Shown here piece after piece: positions 9,232 to 18,036 of a stretch of DNA of 64,000 bases (positions are counted from its first letter, which is position 1; each line of letters begins with the position of its first letter). Origin of the DNA: a virus. The notes below the pieces were generated by a model. That model was given only the letters and a program-made list of their open reading frames with translations. It did no database searches and had not been told where the DNA came from. The position numbers and the translations under genes were made by a program. The stretch lies in the IMG/VR virus record IMGVR_UViG_3300032102_000006; one strand, given 5' to 3'.

Positions 9232-9545
9232 GACCACTTCAATGCAAACAATGCTGCCTCATCGGTGCCTGCAAGGTAAAGCCGTTGCCTATACTCATCG
9301 TTTAACCAAGACCAATGAGGGTTTTGATCCAGGACAAATGCCTGCGGTCGTGTATCGTATTGGTCTGCTTCTCTACTAGGACCCCAGGTAGCCCAGCACC
9401 ATACCCTAAGTTCAAAAAACTTTCCCGATAATAGTTCAGGGCTACTTATTCGTTGTCCAAATGTGTCGTAATCAACATCAATGTAATACTTAAACTTATC
9501 AGAGCACTTATGTCTTCGATCTGTTCGCTTTACGTTTATTTTCAT
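9228..9545 (-). CDS. Array member
   Basis: Ends TDEAALFALKWS. Confidence 0.8.
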   Translation of the reverse strand: MKINVKRTDRRHKCSDKFKYYIDVDYDTFGQRISSPELLSGKFFELRVWCWATWGPSREADQYDTRPQAFVLDQNPHWSWLNDEYRQRLYLAGTDEAALFALKWS

Positions 9546-9759
9546 AGTCAGCTAAATTATACATAAAAACAAACTTGTCTGCAACTTCTTGCGAGACAAA
9601 TTCCCACATGTTGTAAGACAAACGCCGGGCTGAAAAACTTTCTGCTAGTTGATTGATATCTCCAGCTAGTGCATCCGAGCTAGTTGTATAGAAAAAGAAT
9701 TCATCGAACTCAACTACTACACTAGTTCGTTTGGGATTCTTATTTGGCCGGATCTTCAT
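9508..9759 (-). CDS. Degenerate array member
   Basis: WEFVSQEVADKFVFMYNL. Confidence 0.6.
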   Translation of the reverse strand: MKIRPNKNPKRTSVVVEFDEFFFYTTSSDALAGDINQLAESFSARRLSYNMWEFVSQEVADKFVFMYNLADYENKRKANRSKT

Positions 9760-10201
9760 AGGCCAGTTTTGCAACAAACATAAAATGGTCGTAGGCTTCT
9801 TTAACTGCTGGATGCTTCATCAACTTTTCAGTTTCCGCTATTTGTGCTTGGATGCCTGCTTCAACAATGTCGCGAACACTAACACCATGCAGTGTATACA
9901 TGTCGTCACCAAATGTTTGTGCAAGATGTTGCCAAGCTGCTCGCTGTTCTTCGGTGATAGGTTTCTTGCTGGGCTTTAGCTCGCTGGCCTTGTTCATAGC
10001 TGTACACATAGCATCTTCTGCAAGACGCCCAGCGGCAATCATAGGTGCAAGAGCAGGTTCAATATTAAACCTACGACTAGTGCCCCCAGGATAACACATA
10101 ACGAGGTGATTACCCTTTGTAAAACTATCGAGAAAATCATTGTCGTACTCAGCGACAGGAACATATCGGCGGCCTTTTTTCTCATAGAAAATCTTTTTCA
10201 T
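9740..10201 (-). CDS. Hypothetical phage protein
   Basis: Start MKKIFYEKKGRRYVPV. Confidence 0.75.
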   Translation of the reverse strand: MKKIFYEKKGRRYVPVAEYDNDFLDSFTKGNHLVMCYPGGTSRRFNIEPALAPMIAAGRLAEDAMCTAMNKASELKPSKKPITEEQRAAWQHLAQTFGDDMYTLHGVSVRDIVEAGIQAQIAETEKLMKHPAVKEAYDHFMFVAKLAYEDPAK

Positions 10202-10472
10202 ATTCAGTCCATGTGTTAGAATCGTCATCCCAATGACGGCTATCATAAAACGTAAAGTCTGCACTATAGCCAAGAAGACCGAGGCCTAGACCAAAACCTG
10301 CGTGATCTGTTCTAAAGTTGCAGTTAAACTCGATATTTACAAGACAGGAGTCCTTCATAATTTGGAACTCGAAATACTTGTGCTTCCATGGAGTTTTGCC
10401 GGACCAATTTCGAATATTTGCCCAGCGATTATTCCATAAGGGGTTTGTGAGATTAAGTTTTAAAAAAATCAT
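10182..10472 (-). CDS. Hypothetical protein
   Basis: Coupled ORF; motifs DHAG and YDSRHWD. Confidence 0.7.
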   Translation of the reverse strand: MIFLKLNLTNPLWNNRWANIRNWSGKTPWKHKYFEFQIMKDSCLVNIEFNCNFRTDHAGFGLGLGLLGYSADFTFYDSRHWDDDSNTWTEYEKDFL

Positions 10473-10738
10473 TTGCCTAACAATTCAAAAAGTTTCTTTG
10501 GATCAATAACATCTGCTAGATGTTTGACTTCTTTGACGCGAACTTCGTACTCTACAATTTCCCAGTCTTGAACTTGCTTGCGAGTATAATCGTTGTAGCT
10601 GTTCATATTAAGAGTAATTGTGCTACGAAGTTTGCCCAGAGTGTCGTAGACTTTGCCAGAGCCGTTCCATGTGCCATCGGCCTTGCGGAACATTTCAGGA
10701 TTCTTTTTACTGCGAATTTTGTAATAAGTTAAGCTCAT
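10469..10738 (-). CDS. Hypothetical protein
   Basis: Start MSLTYYKIR by ATGA overlap. Confidence 0.7.
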   Translation of the reverse strand: MSLTYYKIRSKKNPEMFRKADGTWNGSGKVYDTLGKLRSTITLNMNSYNDYTRKQVQDWEIVEYEVRVKEVKHLADVIDPKKLFELLGK

Positions 10739-11100
10739 GGTGTAATTATAGCAACTAGGCCAATATATGTCAATACATGGAGAAATTGGTCCAAGCCCAA
10801 CAACCACCAAAACTGTTCATGTGTAGCAGGCGTCCAGCCCAATCGCTTGTTGATATTCATTTTGGCCCAGTCAATGTGGTAGTGTGCAAAATAGTCAATA
10901 GCAGCCAAATATGGCGCTGCCGCAGGAGCGAACCAAACAACACAAAAATAAGTGCCCAGGCCATGCAAAAAAGAGTGCAAGATGCCGCCTGGGTGTCCGT
11001 ATGTGCCTTTATTGCTCCATTGGTAGCGATGTTGCAAGGGAAAGTCTACAATAAAATGTTTTGTAAACAATAGCAAGATGAGCAGTAGTGTGTCGTTCAT
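10735..11100 (-). CDS. DUF3307-like membrane protein
   Basis: KHFIVDFPLQ, H..H, HYHIDW, GLDQFLH motifs. Confidence 0.8.
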   Translation of the reverse strand: MNDTLLLILLLFTKHFIVDFPLQHRYQWSNKGTYGHPGGILHSFLHGLGTYFCVVWFAPAAAPYLAAIDYFAHYHIDWAKMNINKRLGWTPATHEQFWWLLGLDQFLHVLTYIGLVAIITP

Positions 11101-11327
11101 ACATCAATTCCATTTTTAAGTGCGTAGGCAAATACTTCCTCACCTGATACTTTTACCAGTTGGTCAGGTGTTTGGAGGATGCTTGCCCACTCGCTTGTGC
11201 CCCATTTAACATGAACCTTCTTGGGCGTGAACTTAGTAATCTTTCCCATACCAAGTTCACGATAATGTTGTTTCATATACATAACATAGTCACCTACGTT
11301 AAGTTCTTGCCCGAGAAAGTCTTTCAT
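11097..11327 (-). CDS. Hypothetical SH3-like protein
   Basis: MKDFLGQELNVGDYV...GKITKFTPKKV. Confidence 0.65.
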   Translation of the reverse strand: MKDFLGQELNVGDYVMYMKQHYRELGMGKITKFTPKKVHVKWGTSEWASILQTPDQLVKVSGEEVFAYALKNGIDV

Positions 11328-12073
11328 GCCGGCTCCGGAGCATAATCAATGCTGGTCCGATTTCCTTTAAGGACTTCTGCAAGCTGGTCCCGAGCAACAA
11401 CGCGAGCCATACCCGGCCAGTCTGCGGCAAACATGCGGAAGTCATAGCCAAAGCTCTGAACATGGCAACCATGCTTTTCGCTATAACGCATACCTCCACC
11501 GCCACCTGTGCCGGTGTAAGCACGAGTGCGAGTGTTGTAGCCGTCGCGGAACAGATCACTGCCCAGATACCAGCCATCCCATTCTTTAGGCCACTTAACA
11601 ATCCATTCAACACGGCCACTCCAACCAGGGTAGCTAGTAGGTGCAGTTTTGTCTTCGTTCCAACTTGGAGACCAGTTAGTCACACCATTGTGTGGACAAC
11701 TGTGGCTATTGCTAACTCGAGGGTTCCAGCGAACATCAAAAGTGGTAAACTCTAGCAGTTCAGGGACAGGGCAAACAACACCATTCTTGCGACCAGACAA
11801 TTTACCAACACACTTCCAGTCATGCGGATCTGTCTTTGCGGCTTCTGCCCAGAACATGTTTTGATTGGCAATAACCATGTCGCGCCACTGCTCAATGGTT
11901 TGTTCGCACTCGTAGAGTTCATTCCACTTTTGATCAGCAACAGCTTCTGCGACCATGAGCTTACGCTTGGTATTACGTTCGCGAGCCAGCTTACTTAGGT
12001 GACCCTTGTACTTGTTTTTATCCTCAAACAGTTTACCCGTTTGATCACATTTCCAAACTAGAATTTGACTCAT
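11324..12073 (-). CDS. Hypothetical phage protein
   Basis: 249 aa; SNSHSCP..GVTNW, YPGWSG, TGTGGG motifs. Confidence 0.8.
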   Translation of the reverse strand: MSQILVWKCDQTGKLFEDKNKYKGHLSKLARERNTKRKLMVAEAVADQKWNELYECEQTIEQWRDMVIANQNMFWAEAAKTDPHDWKCVGKLSGRKNGVVCPVPELLEFTTFDVRWNPRVSNSHSCPHNGVTNWSPSWNEDKTAPTSYPGWSGRVEWIVKWPKEWDGWYLGSDLFRDGYNTRTRAYTGTGGGGGMRYSEKHGCHVQSFGYDFRMFAADWPGMARVVARDQLAEVLKGNRTSIDYAPEPA

Positions 12074-12074
12074 G

Positions 12075-12320
12075 TTATTCTACCTTAAAATAAATGTTAT
12101 CTTCAACGGCACTGATATTGACAATCTTTCGACCTTCGATCTTCATGCCCAATTCAATAAACGGTCCGCCGCTAGGGTCAACAAAGCCCAAGTCGGTAAA
12201 GTCCATACGCTCTTGACCTTCACGTCCGCCATATCGCCAGTACTCAAGCTCACCTACAATGGTGTAGGTATTTGCATCTACTGCGTCAAAACTGTATTCG
12301 TCACCATAACGATTTTTCAT
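12075..12320 (-). CDS. Hypothetical protein
   Basis: MKNRYGDEY...FVDPSGGPFI. Confidence 0.7.
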   Translation of the reverse strand: MKNRYGDEYSFDAVDANTYTIVGELEYWRYGGREGQERMDFTDLGFVDPSGGPFIELGMKIEGRKIVNISAVEDNIYFKVE

Positions 12321-12329
12321 TTTATTTCC

Positions 12330-12695
12330 TTAAAGGCTTAGTGCTTCTCGCTCTTCGGCAGTCAGCTTGGACAGTGCAGTCTTACGCAGGTTAGCAACAC
12401 GCTCACGTTCTGCTACGGATTCTTCTTTCCAAGAAACTTCTTGCTCCAGGCTGTACAAATCAACGTCTGCCATTTCACTCCACACGGGATTCACTGTAAA
12501 AGTCCCAGCACGGCGGTCGTCTCGGTCCTCTAGTACAAACAGGGCTTCTTTAACTTCCAGTTCGAAGTTCGACTTAGTAGCACGGGCCAGCACAGACATC
12601 ATACGCTCTGTATAGGTAGACTTGGCAACCGACAACTGAGCAAACTGCTCTGCTTGCTCGCGGGCTTGTCGTTGTGTTTTAGTTTCACGTGCCAT
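12330..12695 (-). CDS. Hypothetical protein
   Basis: First gene after promoter cassette 4. Confidence 0.75.
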   Translation of the reverse strand: MARETKTQRQAREQAEQFAQLSVAKSTYTERMMSVLARATKSNFELEVKEALFVLEDRDDRRAGTFTVNPVWSEMADVDLYSLEQEVSWKEESVAERERVANLRKTALSKLTAEEREALSL

Positions 12696-12756
12696 TTATT
12701 GCTCCTGTTTGTTTACGCTATGTATCAATTATAGCGCAGGAGCCAATTTGTGTCAA
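12696..12756 (-). promoter_or_regulatory. Early promoter + leader cassette, copy 4
   Basis: TTGACA-17-TATAAT plus conserved leader. Confidence 0.85.
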
Positions 12757-12777
12757 TTAAACGGTAATACTTGAGTA

Positions 12778-12996
12778 TTAGTCTTTGACAACGTGTTCTG
12801 CATAATTCCAGCCGGGTCCGCCTAGCTTTTCTATTAGCTTGTATTCCAGTGCTTTATCTTTACACTCGCGCGGTTGCCCTATACTACCTACAACAGCCAT
12901 GCAATCTTCGCAACGATACCCATAGCCCGAGCCTTCATCATAAGATGCAATGGCGCCGCATGGGATTTTAATTCGATGGAAAATCTGATAAGTCAT
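12778..12996 (-). CDS. Small Cys-containing hypothetical protein
   Basis: C..CEDC..C. Confidence 0.65.
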   Translation of the reverse strand: MTYQIFHRIKIPCGAIASYDEGSGYGYRCEDCMAVVGSIGQPRECKDKALEYKLIEKLGGPGWNYAEHVVKD

Positions 12997-13217
12997 TATA
13001 TAACTTTGCCAATAGCAAGATAAATCAGTTCGTCAAGTTCACGCTGGTAATCTTGCCCAAGTCTGCGCTTTTCGTGTATCGCCCTAACAATCTCAGTTCC
13101 GTTGCGACTAGCAATCTCAAAACCTTTACCTCGGCGTTCAAGTTCTTCGATTAGATCTTCTTCGTCAAACTCATCCAAGTCTACATCTACTTCAACTTCT
13201 GTATATATTCGCGGCAT
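12996..13217 (-). CDS. Hypothetical protein
   Basis: Coupled acidic ORF. Confidence 0.7.
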   Translation of the reverse strand: MPRIYTEVEVDVDLDEFDEEDLIEELERRGKGFEIASRNGTEIVRAIHEKRRLGQDYQRELDELIYLAIGKVI

Positions 13218-13543
13218 TATGCAATCACCTTTTTATTGCTAGGAGTATAGTCGCTGTAAATCTTATTACCCTTTTCTCTAATAAGCTCTGCAAAACCTTG
13301 CGGACTATTATTAAACATAGTTTTCATTTCATGCAGGTCGACTTGGTCTTCAGTTTCAAATGTGTAGATTTCATAACTGCGTTGACTATTATAACGGGCA
13401 CGAAGCATCATTGCAGTCAAGTTAAAAGGAGTCTTAAATGGCTCGTCTTTTATGCCTGCAATCATAGCATCGTGGTCGAGATCTGTAATGTCAAACATAC
13501 ATTCTAGACCCTGGCAGTCCCACATGGCAAGAAACCTACTCAT
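13217..13543 (-). CDS. Hypothetical protein
   Basis: Coupled ORF. Confidence 0.7.
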   Translation of the reverse strand: MSRFLAMWDCQGLECMFDITDLDHDAMIAGIKDEPFKTPFNLTAMMLRARYNSQRSYEIYTFETEDQVDLHEMKTMFNNSPQGFAELIREKGNKIYSDYTPSNKKVIA

Positions 13544-13833
13544 TGTAGTGACCGTGGCTTTTTAGCAATCGAGTCTGCAAGCTCTTCAGGAATACCTAGT
13601 TCCTCAAAATTCAAACCCATTGCCTGTGCAAGTGCAACGAGTTCTTCTTCGTCCATGTTGTCAAGGTCAACGGGACGACTCTTTTCGAAGATTTCGCCGC
13701 TAGTGACCATGCGGTTGATTTCTGCAATCATCTCGTCTAGTTCTTCCTGTGTGCCTTCGAAGTTGTCAAAGCAACCTTCAGCAAAAACAATTTTAAGGTC
13801 TTCGGGTTTTGTTGGGTTGTTGTCATCAGTCAT
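13540..13833 (-). CDS. Hypothetical acidic protein
   Basis: FAEGCFDNFEGTQEELD. Confidence 0.7.
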   Translation of the reverse strand: MTDDNNPTKPEDLKIVFAEGCFDNFEGTQEELDEMIAEINRMVTSGEIFEKSRPVDLDNMDEEELVALAQAMGLNFEELGIPEELADSIAKKPRSLQ

Positions 13834-14195
13834 TATTGGTCCTCTTTTACTTTAGTGTGGTCGTGTGCCAGACGGCGCAACATTTCGCGATGGCGATAAT
13901 CATCTTCTTTCTTTACTCGCTTCTTGTCGTCAGAGAGTCGTAGCATCATGTCATATTCACGTGCCCACTTAACACCAATCATCCAAGTACGAATCTGTTC
14001 TAGTGTGCCAGTAAACAATTCTGCATCACGACTGTAGATAGGCAGTGCATCTGCATCTTTAGGCTTTACTCCAGCACGGTCGCCATATGTTTCTTCGCTC
14101 CAGCTACCGTGCTTAGGGTTGCAAAGCATAAGACCCATAGCATCCAGATCTGCTTCAATGCGACGAAGTTCTAAAACTGCTTGATAGCCTGCCAT
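13833..14195 (-). CDS. Hypothetical protein
   Basis: Coupled ORF with SD. Confidence 0.7.
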   Translation of the reverse strand: MAGYQAVLELRRIEADLDAMGLMLCNPKHGSWSEETYGDRAGVKPKDADALPIYSRDAELFTGTLEQIRTWMIGVKWAREYDMMLRLSDDKKRVKKEDDYRHREMLRRLAHDHTKVKEDQ

Positions 14196-14204
14196 GTTTA
14201 ATCC

Positions 14205-14522
14205 TTATGCAATATAAGACAAATCTTCAAACGTTAGGATGCTTTCGCTTCCGTCATATTCTTCAATAACAAATCTAGTACCTGCATCTACCCAAATCAC
14301 TTCAACATCTTCGGCGCCGCCCATGTAGCTGTCGTAGCCTAATGATTGTGCGTATTCGCCCAAACCTATAGTATCGTTGAGCAAGACATAGTCAACCAAC
14401 CGGCTGTCGAAGATCATAGCTTCTGCATGCTCGCCAGACCAAGTGCTCCAACCAGCCCCGAAGCCCGGGCTGATTAGAACTGCAACTTGTCCTTGTTCGT
14501 TATAACGCTTTTCGTAGTCCAT
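14205..14522 (-). CDS. Hypothetical phage protein
   Basis: VAVLISPGFGAGWSTW...IEEYDGSE. Confidence 0.75.
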   Translation of the reverse strand: MDYEKRYNEQGQVAVLISPGFGAGWSTWSGEHAEAMIFDSRLVDYVLLNDTIGLGEYAQSLGYDSYMGGAEDVEVIWVDAGTRFVIEEYDGSESILTFEDLSYIA

Positions 14523-14974
14523 TAGATAGTAGCCATAGATTCTTCTTGGGCAATTGCTTCTGCCAAACTAGTCAACTTGTTAGCCAGAACGCCCGAGGCG
14601 TAAGTAGTACCGCAGTACCAAACACCGTCTTTCATAATATAGTAATACTCTGCGCCGCAACTATCAGCACGTTCCAGGAAGTCTTGGAAGGTGTGTGACA
14701 CACGAAACTCGGTGCCGGTCGCGCCACGGTCACGACCGTAGAACACTGTGATACCTTCTGCGGGCTTGTCAAAGGTGTGCTCAACTAAATCAGGCACTTC
14801 GATTTTGGCGGCAAGCGAGCTGATGTCGCCCAAAGCAACCAAGTGATTGGCTTTAGCACTGTCGTAGTTGTCCAGCAAGATTTTGCCGTTGTGAGCCAAA
14901 TAGCCATCCCAATGGCAATAAACGCTTTTGCAAACATCACCATGCATAACACCAATAATCGAACGTGTACCCAT
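14522..14974 (-). CDS. Hypothetical phage protein
   Basis: MGTRSIIG...YCHWDGY; start after cassette SD. Confidence 0.8.
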   Translation of the reverse strand: MGTRSIIGVMHGDVCKSVYCHWDGYLAHNGKILLDNYDSAKANHLVALGDISSLAAKIEVPDLVEHTFDKPAEGITVFYGRDRGATGTEFRVSHTFQDFLERADSCGAEYYYIMKDGVWYCGTTYASGVLANKLTSLAEAIAQEESMATI

Positions 14975-15035
14975 CTTTAACTCCTGTTTGTTTACGCTAT
15001 GTATCAATTATAACGCAGACATCAATTTGTGTCAA
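14975..15035 (-). promoter_or_regulatory. Early promoter + leader cassette, copy 5
   Basis: TTGACA-17-TATAAT plus conserved leader. Confidence 0.85.
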
Positions 15036-15047
15036 TTTATTTGCTAT

Positions 15048-15221
15048 TCACTCGCCAACATACTTTTCTTCGATTTCAAAAATCATATGATCAGAATATT
15101 GAGGAGCCTCTTTCTCAATGGTTATTTCAGCAGACTCTCGAGTCGAGTACAAGCCCAGGGAGCAGGTTTCGCTCGGGCAGTGCCCGTCAATCATAATCAC
15201 TTCATACATTGTTTTCATCAT
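15048..15221 (-). CDS. Small hypothetical protein (57 aa), not in ORF track
   Basis: MMKTMYEVIMIDG...; ATGA overlap. Confidence 0.6.
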   Translation of the reverse strand: MMKTMYEVIMIDGHCPSETCSLGLYSTRESAEITIEKEAPQYSDHMIFEIEEKYVGE

Positions 15222-15409
15222 TCAACTCCGAAATGTTTTTCAATTGATTTTCTTGCTTCCCAACCGGATCCTTGACTTGCCGCAAAATCAGCACACTCCC
15301 GAACAATCAACTCAGCAAAGTGTTCTAGAAATTTGTCAGTCACACACTCAAGTCCGTAATCGCTAGTGTCGCTGGCCTGTTCAGCGAGTTCTTGAATTCG
15401 TTCGTTCAT
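15218..15409 (-). CDS. MNERI...FAELIV.EC...HFGVE family protein, copy 1
   Basis: Shared termini with three other copies. Confidence 0.8.
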   Translation of the reverse strand: MNERIQELAEQASDTSDYGLECVTDKFLEHFAELIVRECADFAASQGSGWEARKSIEKHFGVE

Positions 15410-15615
15410 TCTTCAACTCCGAAATGTTCAGTAATCACATCATACATACACCGTATCTCGGTTTCAGTATTCTCAGCACGATTAGCAATTATAGCACATT
15501 CTCTGACAATCAACTCGGCGAACTTTTTAACCCATTTAGGATCGGCTAACGAATACCCGGGGCCAGCATCTTGAACTAACTTGAGTAGTTGTGGTGATAA
15601 AATTCGTTCGTTCAT
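15406..15615 (-). CDS. MNERI family protein, copy 2
   Basis: MNERI...KFAELIVRECA...EHFGVEE. Confidence 0.8.
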   Translation of the reverse strand: MNERILSPQLLKLVQDAGPGYSLADPKWVKKFAELIVRECAIIANRAENTETEIRCMYDVITEHFGVEE

Positions 15616-15710
15616 TTTAGAATCCATCCTTGACAATGATTGATAGGCCCATGATGATAACCGGCATGAGTACGATAATGAGATTAGTAATAGCGGTCAT
15701 TTTCTACTCC

Positions 15711-15923
15711 TTAAACCAACAGGAAGAACGCACCTTCGGGATCAGTGTCCAACACCTCGCCCATTTCTTCTTCAGTATTTGTACAAGTACCAAAGACAGG
15801 CATAGTTTCGTCGATGTCTCCTGCATAGACTACTACATTCTGTTGCAACTGCTCAGGTGTCATCTGCTCCAACATCTTCTTCAAGCCTGCATAAGTCATA
15901 AAAGCTCCTGGATTTGCCGACAT
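15711..15923 (-). CDS. Hypothetical protein
   Basis: Start after cassette SD. Confidence 0.7.
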   Translation of the reverse strand: MSANPGAFMTYAGLKKMLEQMTPEQLQQNVVVYAGDIDETMPVFGTCTNTEEEMGEVLDTDPEGAFFLLV

Positions 15924-15984
15924 CTTTAACTCCTGTTTTGTTACGCTATGTATGTATTATAGCGCCAAAACCAATTTGTGCCAA
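15924..15984 (-). promoter_or_regulatory. Early promoter + leader cassette, copy 6
   Basis: TTGGCA-17-TATAAT plus leader. Confidence 0.85.
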
Positions 15985-15985
15985 T

Positions 15986-16171
15986 TTATAAGTTTTCAAG
16001 AGCCTTTTTGCGAGTTTTGTAAGGACCTGACATGATAGCATAACCCTGATCTGCACAGTATTCAGGCAGGGTTTGGCGTCCGGGCATAGGGCTAGCGTTT
16101 TCAGCCCAGCGAATAGCTTCACGAACGCCGTCACGTTCAACAACAAACCAAATAAAACGCAAATAGCTCAT
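15986..16171 (-). CDS. Hypothetical protein
   Basis: 61 aa ORF filling the gap. Confidence 0.6.
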   Translation of the reverse strand: MSYLRFIWFVVERDGVREAIRWAENASPMPGRQTLPEYCADQGYAIMSGPYKTRKKALENL

Positions 16172-16185
16172 TGTAATACTTTCTT

Positions 16186-16500
16186 TTACAGTGTGTTCAA
16201 AACAGGAGCATGTACGCGAGTAAGCTCGCGCTCACGTGCGTGAGCTGCCGCTTTGCCGCGCACAGTTTCAACAACACCATACTCAAATGCTTCAACACCG
16301 TAGTCACGGATGTTGCGGCACAGTGCCCAGTCTTTGTTTTCTGTAAGTGCGCGGCGGATGTGCTTTTGCATGCGAACTTTTAGTGCTTTGCGAAGGTTGC
16401 CTGAGCAAACTGTAACACCAATGTATTGGTCTTTAGTAACTACGTTAGTAATAACGTAGATTGCATGCTTGCGGTCGGAACGTGTTTTGCGCTTCATCAT
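16186..16500 (-). CDS. GIY-YIG nuclease-domain protein
   Basis: AIYVITN...QYIG, later R and E. Confidence 0.8.
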   Translation of the reverse strand: MMKRKTRSDRKHAIYVITNVVTKDQYIGVTVCSGNLRKALKVRMQKHIRRALTENKDWALCRNIRDYGVEAFEYGVVETVRGKAAAHARERELTRVHAPVLNTL

Positions 16501-16535
16501 GTATGTATTATAACATGGAGCCCAATTTGTGCCAA
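16501..16535 (-). promoter_or_regulatory. Early promoter, copy 7 (no leader)
   Basis: TTGGCA-17-TATAAT then 6 nt to ATG, no SD. Confidence 0.8.
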
Positions 16536-16558
16536 TTTATTTAGATAATACTCGAGTA

Positions 16559-16987
16559 TTACTTTAGCTTATAATGCTTTATTCGATATTTTCTACTTAA
16601 TATAATACCGAATTTACTTAATTCTTCTCGCCATATAAAGAATCTCGGGCCATGTGTCATATTCTCATAGGTTAACCATTCCCATTGATGCACCATTTCA
16701 TGTGCTAATGTATAAACAAAAAGCCTCTTAGATAAGAAGCTTTTGTTCATTTTAATAGTGCATTTAGTTTGGTCATATTGATCGCCTGTGCATTCACCCC
16801 AAAATGCACTAGAATAAACTAATCTAAATGCTGGCATTTTTAATTCATTATTAAATACCTGCTTGTTTATCTGACGAAATACGCTACGACAATCCTGTAT
16901 AGTAGGTCTAAATTTGCAGTCAAATTCGTCGAACTGTTGCACCATTTTGAACAGTTTAGTTTGGGTTACGTTTGGTTTTCTTGGCAC
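16559..16987 (-). CDS. SprT-like zinc metalloprotease
   Basis: TLAHEMVH and downstream HG..F. Confidence 0.85.
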   Translation of the reverse strand: MPRKPNVTQTKLFKMVQQFDEFDCKFRPTIQDCRSVFRQINKQVFNNELKMPAFRLVYSSAFWGECTGDQYDQTKCTIKMNKSFLSKRLFVYTLAHEMVHQWEWLTYENMTHGPRFFIWREELSKFGIILSRKYRIKHYKLK

Positions 16988-17138
16988 TGCAAATACCCCC
17001 TATATAAAATATTTAGCAGTATCAGCAGAATATTAACTACGCATTAATACCAGTTTGCATAACCGCGGCGCTCAATTTGAGCTCGGCGATACTCTGCATA
17101 TTCTAATATAAATTCCCAAAAGATTTGTTTAATATGTT

Positions 17139-17309
17139 TCATGATAACCAACCTCCTACAGATTGTTTTTTATCATATTCTCGTTGCCAGTATTCTACTT
17201 CTGCTGTTGTAGTAGGCTGTTTGCTGGTTATATAACGATCTAAATCATTTTGTTGATTTTGCTGTTCGTTAATCAGCGGTTTGATTAAGTATGCAATAAG
17301 TGATAGCAT
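17139..17309 (-). CDS. Small hypothetical protein (56 aa), not in ORF track
   Basis: MLSLIAYL...LDRYITSKQPTTTAEVEYWQREYD. Confidence 0.6.
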   Translation of the reverse strand: MLSLIAYLIKPLINEQQNQQNDLDRYITSKQPTTTAEVEYWQREYDKKQSVGGWLS

Positions 17310-17397
17310 GTTGTGGTGCCTTTCTTAAATAAAAACTCAGTGTTTCTACTTATTTATCTGGCACCGCAACATTATATCATGGTTTCTACTGATATTA

Positions 17398-17676
17398 TCA
17401 ATTTTCGGAGTAGATATTACTCCACAGCTTTAGCTTGTCTTTTTTGGCGGCACGAGCTAGATTAACGCTATTAACGTCAATAACTTTATGTTCAATCATC
17501 AAGTCCACCATAGCTAACAAGTCACCTACTTCTTCTTCCAAGTGTTCCCTGTTTGTTTTAGGCTTACCGGGTTTAACGTTGTCTATGCCAAAGCGGCTAA
17601 TTTTGCTCACGGCTACTACTACTTCTGCACATTCCTCTTGGGTGATGTCCAGGATTTCTTTTGTTTTTGCGTCCAT
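17398..17676 (-). CDS. MazG-like NTP pyrophosphohydrolase
   Basis: EECAE...EEEVGDL. Confidence 0.85.
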   Translation of the reverse strand: MDAKTKEILDITQEECAEVVVAVSKISRFGIDNVKPGKPKTNREHLEEEVGDLLAMVDLMIEHKVIDVNSVNLARAAKKDKLKLWSNIYSEN

Positions 17677-17981
17677 TATTCAGACTCTAGGTTAATGTTA
17701 AGTGGATGCCCATTATTTCGGGCGATATACGTTGCTTCGCTGTGCTTTTGTTCTGCTACTTCAAAAGTATAAACACCTGCAATGCCACGACCTTTTTCGT
17801 GAATTTCCATTGTAGTTTGGGTAGCACGGTCTTCGTCTTGATGAAAAACTGCCTTGAGTAAATCAATAACAAAATCCATCGGAGTTGCATCGTCGTTATT
17901 AAACACGACTTTATACATGCTAGGTTGCTTGATAACAACGTCTTGTTTAGTTGATTGACTTGTTTCTGCCATTACGCTCAT
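17676..17981 (-). CDS. clpS: ClpS adaptor
   Basis: MYKVVFNNDDATPMDFVI...IHEKGRG..GVYTFEVAEQK...HPL. Confidence 0.95.
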   Translation of the reverse strand: MSVMAETSQSTKQDVVIKQPSMYKVVFNNDDATPMDFVIDLLKAVFHQDEDRATQTTMEIHEKGRGIAGVYTFEVAEQKHSEATYIARNNGHPLNINLESE

Positions 17982-18036
17982 TTTTAACTTTCAAAAGTAT
18001 TTATCAATTGGGGGCACAGTGCCCCCGTTTTAGTGC

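Larger units (their letters stand above)
3227..9759 (-). repeat. Tandem array of about 22 paralogous small genes with C-terminal F-x-L-[KR]-W motif
   Basis: Shared C-termini such as EDAMMFKLKWS, EDATMFALRWG, EDLLMFILRWS; recurrent junction TGGTC(A/G)TGA. Confidence 0.9.

Noticed and set aside
85-16535. CRISPR array from the recurring 60-nt sequence
   Set aside because: The copies are dispersed kilobases apart and contain -35/-10/SD elements; no regular spacers.
17325-17395. Repeated AGTAGAAAC and a TGCGGTGC box as a regulator site
   Set aside because: Too short to separate from chance without comparative data.
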